Positions 22,135 to 28,164 of a stretch of DNA of 32,000 nt are shown one piece after another. The translations under genes were made by a program, and so were the position numbers. The number at the start of each line of letters is the position of its first letter. The stretch's first letter is position 1. Source of the stretch: Candidatus Saccharimonadota bacterium. Its GTDB lineage: Bacteria; Patescibacteriota; Gracilibacteria; UBA4473. The stretch spans positions 990,001-1,022,000 of the forward strand of contig OZ245819.1 of assembly GCA_965228485.1 (NCBI GenBank). The letters are read 5' to 3'. The notes under the pieces were generated by a model that was not told the origin of the DNA, searched no databases, and was given only the letters and a program-made list of their open reading frames with translations.

Positions 22135-23061
22135 TTAGAAGAAAAATCTAATAAGAGAGTAGGCAGAAATGCAAATAAAGATGGCAATGATGCTTGATAC
22201 AATGAGTCGTTTAGCTCTGCCAGCTCGTTCTTCGTCTCCAAGACTTGTAACATAATATAGGCTGGCAATGATAACCATGAATACCGCCATACCAGCAACT
22301 AATGTTAATAGTAGGTTCACAATTCCAATAATTTCTCGGATTCCCGTAATTACCGCTTGGTTTGAAACGCCTTCTCGATCTACTCCTTGGATGAAGAATA
22401 CTCCTCGTACTAAGATTTCAGCCCCAATAATAATTACTGCAGCAAGTAGAAAATTTCTAATTAGTTGTTTTTCTTTGCTCACGACTTCTTCGTTTCCAGC
22501 ACTACTCATAAGTCTGAAGGCTGTTGTTAGTACTGAAAGCAAAGCAATTCCTCCGACAATGATTTGTAGGAATAATTTTATCTGCAAGGCCTTGGCTTCA
22601 AAGGCGTTAACCACATTTTGATTGGTCAGTAAGCCAGGGTTTACGCTTGTATCTGGGTTTAGGTATACAAAGGCCGCAAGTTGTGCAATTGAAAGCACAA
22701 AGAGGCCGACGATAATAAACCCGAATTCTTTTTTATGTTTGGTAAGAGCCTCCTCTTTTCCTTCCGAAATAGTGAATTTAACTCCCAGTATTACTAGATA
22801 GACAATAGCAATAATTCCAAAAACAACATTGGCGGCAAAAATATTTTCTCGAGAGAAAATGACGTTAATAGCCGATTCTGTGAAGTTAGAACTTCCTACC
22901 ACCTGATTGACGCCTCTCTGCATTCTATTATTCTCCAGAACTCCCCCATATGATCCACTTGGTAATCTTAGGACATTTTGAGCTTCAGCCTCTCCAGTAA
23001 ACTGGAAGAATGCGAGACTGAAGAGAAAGGCGAAAGCTATGCTTAGTAGTTTTTTTCTCAT
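22135..23061 (-). CDS. Secreted polytopic membrane protein made of three VirB2/TrbC-like (CPR 'T4SS pilin'-like) TM-hairpin modules, paralog A
   Basis: Signal peptide MRKKLLSIAFAFLFSLAFFQFTGEAEA/Q. Loops ISEGKEEALTKHKKEF, SSAGNEEVVSKEKQLI and YYVTSLGDEERAGRAKRLIVSSIIA, each flanked by hydrophobic helices. Confidence 0.8.
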   Translation of the reverse strand: MRKKLLSIAFAFLFSLAFFQFTGEAEAQNVLRLPSGSYGGVLENNRMQRGVNQVVGSSNFTESAINVIFSRENIFAANVVFGIIAIVYLVILGVKFTISEGKEEALTKHKKEFGFIIVGLFVLSIAQLAAFVYLNPDTSVNPGLLTNQNVVNAFEAKALQIKLFLQIIVGGIALLSVLTTAFRLMSSAGNEEVVSKEKQLIRNFLLAAVIIIGAEILVRGVFFIQGVDREGVSNQAVITGIREIIGIVNLLLTLVAGMAVFMVIIASLYYVTSLGDEERAGRAKRLIVSSIIAIFICISAYSLIRFFF

Positions 23062-23070
23062 TATCTCCCT

Positions 23071-23099
23071 ATTTTAAACGATTTTTAGTTTTTTCTCAA
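23071..23099 (-). promoter_or_regulatory. Promoter candidate TTGAGA-17 nt-TAAAAT, 9 nt upstream of the pilin-like gene pair
   Basis: Minus strand: TTGAGA (23099..23094), 17-nt spacer, TAAAAT (23076..23071), then agggagata and ATG at 23061. Confidence 0.45.
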
Positions 23100-23107
23100 A
23101 CAAATTT

Positions 23108-23135
23108 TTGACAAAACTCAGTTTGTTTCTAGAAT
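23108..23135 (+). promoter_or_regulatory. Strong promoter candidate TTGACA-16 nt-TAGAAT for the small membrane ORF and probably the tRNA cluster
   Basis: -35 TTGACA at 23108..23113 (perfect consensus), 16-nt spacer, -10 TAGAAT at 23130..23135. Divergent from the pilin-gene promoter. Confidence 0.55.
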
Positions 23136-23169
23136 CCGTTTCGCTTTTGGTTCTTTTCGCACTTGATTA

Positions 23170-23409
23170 ATGATTATTGCTTTGCTCCTCATTCCGGGTG
23201 GCATACTGATGATGGTTTATGCCGAAAAAGTAGTAGATTTCACGGGAAAATTCGACTTCGCTGAACGTTGGTTTGTCTCTGGTGGAACTTATACTTTCGT
23301 CAAACTTATGGGACTTGCTATGACTATTTTATCTTTCATGTATTTAGTTGGAGGATTGGATAGCTTTCTAGCAGCGACTTTGGGGGCATTTTTACCAGGA
23401 GGGGTATAG
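23170..23409 (+). CDS. Hypothetical small membrane protein (79 aa, 2 predicted TM segments)
   Basis: ATG ORF downstream of a strong promoter. Hydrophobic segments IIALLLIPGGILMMVY and LMGLAMTILSFMYLVGG. I recognise no family. Confidence 0.55.
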   Translation: MIIALLLIPGGILMMVYAEKVVDFTGKFDFAERWFVSGGTYTFVKLMGLAMTILSFMYLVGGLDSFLAATLGAFLPGGV

Positions 23410-23433
23410 AGAAAAGAATTAAGCAATACTTGT

Positions 23434-23510
23434 GGGGCCTTAGCTCAGCTGGCTAGAGCGCCTGCTTTGCACGCAGGAGGTCATCGGTTCGACTCCGATA
23501 GGCTCCACCA
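23434..23510 (+). tRNA. tRNA-Ala (anticodon TGC), CCA encoded
   Basis: GGGGCCT TA GCTC AGCTGGCTA GAGC G CCTGC TTTGCAC GCAGG AGGTC ATCGG TTCGACT CCGAT AGGCTCC A CCA. The G3:U70 Ala identity pair is present. Confidence 0.95.
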
Positions 23511-23513
23511 CTT

Positions 23514-23589
23514 GCCACCTTAGCTCAGCTGGTAGAGCAACGGATTTGTAACCCGTAGGTCGTCGGTTCGACTCCGACAGGTGGCTCCA
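23514..23589 (+). tRNA. tRNA-Thr (anticodon TGT), CCA encoded
   Basis: GCCACCT TA GCTC AGCTGGTA GAGC A ACGGA TTTGTAA CCCGT AGGTC GTCGG TTCGACT CCGAC AGGTGGC T CCA. One A31-C39 mismatch. Lies 3 nt after tRNA-Ala. Confidence 0.92.
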
Positions 23590-23719
23590 TGTCACTTCAA
23601 TCTTCGTACTTTTCGTTTTTTCTTTCATAAAAAAACTTTAAGTACTGCGCTTAAAGCTCCTTTTCCCAAAAAAGGCGCGCTGCGCTCTCCGCCTATTTCG
23701 GAGCCTGAATATACCCAAT

Positions 23720-23794
23720 GGGTGGGTAGCTCAGTGGTAGAGCATCTGGCTTTTAACCAGTTGGCCGCGAGTTCGATCCTCGCCCCACCCACCA
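23720..23794 (+). tRNA. tRNA-Lys (anticodon TTT), CCA encoded
   Basis: GGGTGGG TA GCTC AGTGGTA GAGC A TCTGG CTTTTAA CCAGT TGGCC GCGAG TTCGATC CTCGC CCCACCC A CCA. Confidence 0.92.
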
Positions 23795-23802
23795 TGATAA
23801 AA

Positions 23803-23825
23803 TCTCTTTTGAAGAGGTTTTTTTT
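23803..23825 (+). terminator. Rho-independent terminator after tRNA-Lys(TTT)
   Basis: Stem (T)CTCTT / AAGAG(G) with a short loop, followed by eight T residues (23818..23825). Confidence 0.6.
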
Positions 23826-23898
23826 AATTATTAATTTCGGTGTGGGGATATTTTTTGTGAAACGATTTGAATTCATTAAAACTCTTTGGTGTTTTTAT

Positions 23899-23973
23899 GG
23901 GTGAGTAGCTCAGTGGTAGAGCATCTGACTCTTAACCAGTTGGCCGAGAGTTCGATCCTCTCCTCACCCACCA
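23899..23973 (+). tRNA. tRNA-Lys (anticodon CTT), CCA encoded
   Basis: GGGTGAG TA GCTC AGTGGTA GAGC A TCTGA CTCTTAA CCAGT TGGCC GAGAG TTCGATC CTCTC CTCACCC A CCA. Close paralog of the TTT isoacceptor with compensatory stem changes. Confidence 0.9.
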
Positions 23974-23990
23974 GAATTTAGGTGTCTTCT

Positions 23991-24004
23991 AGACAACGTT
24001 GTCT
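23991..24004. promoter_or_regulatory. Perfect 14-bp palindrome AGACAACGTTGTCT abutting the -35 of the next promoter (operator candidate)
   Basis: AGACAAC/GTTGTCT is exactly self-complementary and ends 2 nt before TTGCAT at 24007. Confidence 0.3.
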
Positions 24005-24006
24005 GG

Positions 24007-24034
24007 TTGCATTTTGGTTGAAAGCCATTAGAAT
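24007..24034 (+). promoter_or_regulatory. Promoter candidate TTGCAT-16 nt-TAGAAT for the DoxX-like gene
   Basis: -35 TTGCAT at 24007..24012, 16-nt spacer, -10 TAGAAT at 24029..24034. The ATG is at 24060. Confidence 0.5.
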
Positions 24035-24059
24035 AGAGGTTAAATTAATACTTTTAATT

Positions 24060-24500
24060 ATGAAAAAAGATTTGCCCGTTCTACCGATTCCAAAATGTAA
24101 TGCTTCAGGACTTGCCTTAGTTCGTTTGGGAGTTGGGGTGTTTTTTGCCCTTTTCGGATTGATGAAGTTTATGGGAGCCCTTGGAGGTGATCCTATGGTA
24201 ACTAATATGGTTGCTGGAATTTTTGGCGCGACAGGAGTGGTTTTGACGGTTTTGGTTTGGGGGTTGATTCTCACCGAACTTGTTGGAGGAATTTTTGTGA
24301 TTATGGGGAATTTGGTTCCAAAACTTTTCTATCAACTGTCACTTATTGGATTTTTGATTATTGATTTGGTAAGTATGTTTACGGTTCATAGTGGTGACAC
24401 AAAACAATTGCTATGGCATGGTATGTTGTTTCTTGTGGTGTTGGGGCTATTGGTTTCTGAGCCAAAGTGTTGTTGTGGTATTACTGGAGACAAAAAATAG
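24060..24500 (+). CDS. DoxX-family-like small integral membrane protein (146 aa, ~4 TM segments) with a C-terminal CCCG tail
   Basis: MKKDLPVLPIPK...LALVRLGVGVFFALFGLMKF...ILTELVGGIFVIMG... The TM pattern and the TE(L/F)xGG motif resemble DoxX. The ORF-track GTG start at 23982 lies upstream of the promoter candidate and only 9 nt after the tRNA, so I use ATG 24060. Confidence 0.65.
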   Translation: MKKDLPVLPIPKCNASGLALVRLGVGVFFALFGLMKFMGALGGDPMVTNMVAGIFGATGVVLTVLVWGLILTELVGGIFVIMGNLVPKLFYQLSLIGFLIIDLVSMFTVHSGDTKQLLWHGMLFLVVLGLLVSEPKCCCGITGDKK

Positions 24501-24528
24501 GTTATTATTTTTTCCATATTTAAAAAAA

Positions 24529-24555
24529 GAACCAAGGATTCTTTGGTGCTTTTTT
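24529..24555 (+). terminator. Intrinsic terminator candidate after the DoxX-like gene
   Basis: Imperfect stem AACCAAGG/CTTTGGT(G) (24530..24548), followed by C and TTTTTT (24550..24555), and preceded by an A-run. Confidence 0.5.
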
Positions 24556-24556
24556 A

Positions 24557-24585
24557 TTGGCATTTTTATTTTTTTTATCGACAAT
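24557..24585 (+). promoter_or_regulatory. Weak promoter candidate TTGGCA-17 nt-GACAAT for folB/GNAT
   Basis: -35 TTGGCA at 24557..24562 and -10 GACAAT at 24580..24585, 11 nt before the ATG at 24597. Confidence 0.3.
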
Positions 24586-24596
24586 TGGTTGAGATT

Positions 24597-24935
24597 ATGA
24601 ACTTTGCCTTAGAGGATATACCGATGCATCTAAATTTAGGCGTTCCGAAAGAAGAACGTGCTAATGTGCAAGAGGTATTGGTTTCAGTATATTTTTCCTG
24701 TGATGTTTCTACGGCTGAGCAATCTGACAACATAGATGATGCTGTCGATTATGCCGTGATTTATGACGTCATTAAATCTTTTTCAGAAAGACACGGAGAG
24801 GTTAAATTATTGGAAAAACTACAGTCTCTTTTACGAGCTGATATTTTATCGTCGATTCAGGGCATTGAAAATTTAAATATATCTATACGAAAATTTCCTT
24901 TTCCGGAGGGAAGTGTTTTGATTAATGATTTTTAA
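24597..24935 (+). CDS. folB: Dihydroneopterin aldolase family (FolB/FolX T-fold) protein
   Basis: 112 aa from the ATG: MNFALEDIPMHLNLGVPKEERANVQEVLVSVYFSCD...DDAVDYAVIYDVIKSF...LLEKLQSLL...ISIRKFPFP. This matches the FolB pattern (G..EER...Q, DY, LIE, K-P). Confidence 0.78.
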   Translation: MNFALEDIPMHLNLGVPKEERANVQEVLVSVYFSCDVSTAEQSDNIDDAVDYAVIYDVIKSFSERHGEVKLLEKLQSLLRADILSSIQGIENLNISIRKFPFPEGSVLINDF

Positions 24936-24947
24936 CTTGTTTTTATA

Positions 24948-25499
24948 ATGTATGAGGTTGATACAGAGCGTTTGTATATGCGGATTTTGGAAGAGAAAGA
25001 TTGCCAATATTTATATCAAATTACTTCTAATCATCCAGAGTTAGCAGAGTATATGACGTGGAATCCACCGCAGGATTATGAAGAGGTGCGTGAAAAGTTT
25101 TTAGAAAATAGAAAATCAGACGATAAGCATTTTGGAATTTTCCTTAAGGAATCTGATGAGTTTATTGGGCGGGTGACGGTTCGTAATTTTCATATCATGC
25201 AACAGGATGCTGAAAAAAACTCAGTATTCCTTAGTTTTTGGCTCTCTCCAGCGGTTCAGGGGAAAGGCTATGGAACAGAAATGTTACAAGAGGTTTGTCG
25301 GTTTTGTTTTGTTGATCTGCATATAAGAAAAATTTTTGCAGGGACGTTTTCTGAGAATATTCCTTCTCAAAAATTACTCGCTAAAGTTGGTTTTCGTGAA
25401 ATTGGAATCCTGCGGAAGCATTATTTAAAAAATGGAATCTTTTATGATTCGATTCGTTATGAACTCCTTAACGAGGACTTCTTGGCTTCAAGAGATTAG
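24948..25499 (+). CDS. GNAT-family N-acetyltransferase (RimJ/RimL-like)
   Basis: 183 aa. Acetyl-CoA motif A WLSPAVQGKGYGTEML. C-terminus NIPSQKLLAKVGFREIGILRKH is typical of the Acetyltransf_3 subgroup. Confidence 0.85.
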   Translation: MYEVDTERLYMRILEEKDCQYLYQITSNHPELAEYMTWNPPQDYEEVREKFLENRKSDDKHFGIFLKESDEFIGRVTVRNFHIMQQDAEKNSVFLSFWLSPAVQGKGYGTEMLQEVCRFCFVDLHIRKIFAGTFSENIPSQKLLAKVGFREIGILRKHYLKNGIFYDSIRYELLNEDFLASRD

Positions 25500-26542
25500 C
25501 TTTTGAGCTTTTTAACCGTTCTGTAAATAGTGTACCAAAAATTATTGAGAGGGATTTCTTTTCCGCTTGCGAAGGTTGATCGGTAACCTCCAAATCGAGT
25601 TTTGAATTGTGTAATTCCCGCATAGGGATGATTTGGCTGGTCGGCGGGAGTGATTCCTGTGAAGTCATAGGTATTACAGCCTCGTGCTTTTGCATCAAGA
25701 ATCATCTTCCATTGTAAGGCATATGGAGCTCTTAAATCTCTATATTCAGGTTTTGAGGTCGAAGCTCCAAAATAATAGATGGCTTTTTTGTCACAAAAAG
25801 TAGTAATGGCAGCGGCAATTCGAGTTTGAGAAGTTGCCACGAAGTATAGCTGAGTCATTGGAGCTAGTTTCTCGATGAAGTGTTTATAATAGGAAGCTTC
25901 ATGTCCTGAAAATTTATCACGGGTGGTGGTTTCTGTGTTTAGACTATAAAAATCTTCTACATCTTTTTGAGTGAGCTTTTCTGGAGAAATGCTTTCTATG
26001 GTTAAATCTGATTTCTGTGCAATTTTTAGGTTTCTACGACCAGTGCGTTTCATTTGTGCCAGAATCTCTTCTTCAGATAGCTCTAGATCTAACATGAGAG
26101 CATCGGTTGGTTGAAAGTTTTTAGTCGCTTCTTTTAGTTTGATTTCTTTTCTTATTTCGCTCCAGTCTTCATCGGTAAAATAAGGATCAAGTCTCCAAAA
26201 AATTCCAGATTCTTTTTTTAGTTCTTTGCTTACGAGTTTTAAGAAGTGAGTTTGAATAGATTTATTTGCGGTGGCAAAAACTGGACCTCGAGCAGAATAA
26301 AACCAGAATTTCCCTAAAAAACCTGTATTCATTTTTACACACCAGGTTGTGGCAATAATTTTGTGATTTGGGTCTCTCAGCCCAAAACCGAGTACGATTT
26401 CTCGACCAGGAATGGATTCTTGAAATTTTTTCCACTTACTAATTTGATGTATAGACCCTGTATCTTGTTGGTTAACAAAATCATCCCATTCAGGAGCTAA
26501 TGTATCTTTGTACTGAAAAAATGAATAAGCAGATAAGTTCAT
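25496..26542 (-). CDS. FemAB-family peptidoglycan interpeptide-bridge aminoacyltransferase (FemX/MurM-like)
   Basis: 348 aa. ...HQISKWKKFQES...MKRTGRRNLKIAQK...AIYYFGASTSKPEYRDLRAPYALQWKMILDAKARGCNTYDFTGI... are the conserved FemAB blocks. Its start overlaps the upstream stop by 1 nt (TAATG). Confidence 0.88.
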   Translation of the reverse strand: MNLSAYSFFQYKDTLAPEWDDFVNQQDTGSIHQISKWKKFQESIPGREIVLGFGLRDPNHKIIATTWCVKMNTGFLGKFWFYSARGPVFATANKSIQTHFLKLVSKELKKESGIFWRLDPYFTDEDWSEIRKEIKLKEATKNFQPTDALMLDLELSEEEILAQMKRTGRRNLKIAQKSDLTIESISPEKLTQKDVEDFYSLNTETTTRDKFSGHEASYYKHFIEKLAPMTQLYFVATSQTRIAAAITTFCDKKAIYYFGASTSKPEYRDLRAPYALQWKMILDAKARGCNTYDFTGITPADQPNHPYAGITQFKTRFGGYRSTFASGKEIPLNNFWYTIYRTVKKLKS

Positions 26543-28062
26543 TATTGAACGTCTACTGGGGAATAGAAAATTTTGATAGCTTGTTCACTTCTTTCCTGAT
26601 TTGGCCCAATAGCAACAATAGTGAAAGTGTTTTCGCCTTCTTTCATATTCCCATAATTTGCGTTCGCGATATAAGAGAAGGTTGTGTCACCAGGGCTGAA
26701 TTTTCGGAGTCGAAAATTATTAACTTCTACAGCTTGTGTGCTTGATGAAACCGTTCCTGCAATGGTGACTACTGCTGCGGAAGTTTCATATACGGCGGTA
26801 GGATCTTCTGCAAAAATAGGTGGATTGCTAATTTTAGGAGCGGGTAAAGTTGTGGTAGTTTCGGTTGAGTTTGTCGTTTCTGTTGAGGAAGGAATTGGCG
26901 TGAACTGTGGAGTAGCTCCTTCATAATTAATAGTAAGTGTTACTGGAGCTGATTGTTTTCCGTCTCGACTAAAGGCAATGACTTCATAGGTGTTTGTACC
27001 TGATTTTAGTGTGCCAAATTTAGTAGCGGCAAAGTAGCTCCATTTTCGGTCTCCTGGTTGGTATTTAGAAAGAGTATAACCGTTTACTTGAATTTGAGTG
27101 GTCTCGAGTGGTGCGGTTCCAACAATTTTTATAAGATCTAGATTTGCAGGGATTGAGGCCCCTTCTGCTGGTTCTAAAATCTCAACTGGATCGAGAAGAT
27201 TTTCTTCGGAAATGGGCTCTTCTTCAGCAATAGTCGTTACTTCGGTTGTTTGAGGGGTGGCTTGGGCTTTTAATTTTTCAGCGCCTTCAGTATCAAAGTT
27301 TTCTAGGTTTGATATGTGCCAGTTTGAGGTGAGAAACTCGCTGTCAATAAGCGTGAGAACATCTTGGTTTTCAGTGATTTGATTTAGTGTTTCGCTGTTT
27401 ACCACAAGTTGTTGTCCGACTCCAATACTAAGAGTTTTTATGGTTTGAGATTCTTCGTTAAGGATGTCGGCTTCCACTTCTCCTTTCATGAGTCTGAGAA
27501 TGTCTTGTTCACTGTTGGTTTCTAGGTGAAAAATTGTTCCTTTAATATACAGGTTTAGTCGATCTGTTCCAATGGTATAGCTGATATCCTTTGGAGCTGT
27601 GGTAAGGGTTTCGTTTGAGTGTCCCCAAATTTGTCCCTCAGAGAGGTGGAAGCTAGCTGTTTTTTTATCAGAATTATTTTTTTCTAGTTTTTCAATAGCC
27701 AGTTCGGTTTCTTCGTTTAGAAATAGTGTGCTGTCATCAAAAAAATTAAGTCTAATAGTGCTGTTTTTAGCGGTTTTTAGCTGATCTCCTTCTACAAAAG
27801 TTTGACCTGAAAATGCTGGAGTCCAATTACTATTTTCTGTAGATAGTTGGAACTCTGCTCGTCCTCTTTCGATGTTTAGCTCTGCGGCCGTAGTCTCTGT
27901 TCGAACACTAGAAAGCAGTACGGAAAAGAATTGGAAAATCGCCCAAAAGAAAAATCCTACAACTCCTACGAACACCAGAAAAGGAATCCAATTCTTTTTT
28001 CGGCGACTATAGTAGTGACTTCTTCGTCGGTATTTTCTCGATCTTCTTCTCATACAAAGCAT
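26542..28062 (-). CDS. Membrane-anchored FecR-domain protein with a polybasic cytoplasmic tail and two C-terminal Ig-like repeats
   Basis: From ATG 28062: MLCMRRRSRKYRRRSHYYSRRKKN plus a TM segment (WIPFLVFVGVVGFFFWAIFQFF). FecR-like block GQTFVEGDQLKTAKNSTIRLNFFDDSTLFLNEETELAI. Duplicated VNGYTLSKYQPGDRKWSY...YEVIAF and VNNFRLRKFSPGDTTFSY...FTIVAI. The ORF-track TTG start at 28101 is possible but less likely. Confidence 0.75.
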   Translation of the reverse strand: MLCMRRRSRKYRRRSHYYSRRKKNWIPFLVFVGVVGFFFWAIFQFFSVLLSSVRTETTAAELNIERGRAEFQLSTENSNWTPAFSGQTFVEGDQLKTAKNSTIRLNFFDDSTLFLNEETELAIEKLEKNNSDKKTASFHLSEGQIWGHSNETLTTAPKDISYTIGTDRLNLYIKGTIFHLETNSEQDILRLMKGEVEADILNEESQTIKTLSIGVGQQLVVNSETLNQITENQDVLTLIDSEFLTSNWHISNLENFDTEGAEKLKAQATPQTTEVTTIAEEEPISEENLLDPVEILEPAEGASIPANLDLIKIVGTAPLETTQIQVNGYTLSKYQPGDRKWSYFAATKFGTLKSGTNTYEVIAFSRDGKQSAPVTLTINYEGATPQFTPIPSSTETTNSTETTTTLPAPKISNPPIFAEDPTAVYETSAAVVTIAGTVSSSTQAVEVNNFRLRKFSPGDTTFSYIANANYGNMKEGENTFTIVAIGPNQERSEQAIKIFYSPVDVQ

Positions 28063-28120
28063 ATTTTGAAAAAAAACCTCAAATTGGCAAGTTTTTATCA
28101 AGGCTTCATGAGAATCTTTT

Positions 28121-28148
28121 TTGCCAGATAGATTGGGTTCGATATAAT
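28121..28148 (+). promoter_or_regulatory. Strong promoter candidate TTGCCA-16 nt-TATAAT for the giant edge ORF
   Basis: -35 TTGCCA at 28121..28126, 16-nt spacer, -10 TATAAT at 28143..28148. The ATG is at 28165. Confidence 0.55.
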
Positions 28149-28164
28149 GACTTGGAAAATAAAA

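Noticed and set aside
23062-23070. AGGGAGA immediately upstream of the pilin-like gene, considered as a Shine-Dalgarno site.
   Set aside because: Only 3 nt separate GGGAG from the ATG, which is too short for canonical SD spacing. The motif also falls at the predicted transcription start of the TTGAGA-17-TAAAAT promoter. I therefore do not count it as evidence for SD-led initiation, though it cannot be excluded.
23440-23904. ORFs 23440..23628 (-), 23581..23904 (+) and 23625..23876 (-).
   Set aside because: They are read straight through the four tRNA genes and their spacers, so they are artefacts of stop-free tRNA sequence.
23434-23973. The tRNA cluster as an integration hotspot or genomic-island boundary, or the duplicate tRNA-Lys genes as attL/attR.
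   Set aside because: There is no integrase, recombinase, phage or plasmid gene on either side. The two Lys genes are different isoacceptors (TTT and CTT) with compensatory stem changes, not a partial-duplication scar.
23982-24059. The ORF-track GTG start at 23982 for the DoxX-like protein, which adds 26 aa.
   Set aside because: It begins 9 nt after tRNA-Lys and upstream of the palindrome and the TTGCAT-16-TAGAAT promoter candidate. The added residues are not hydrophobic or signal-like. ATG 24060 (MKKDLPVL...) is the better start.
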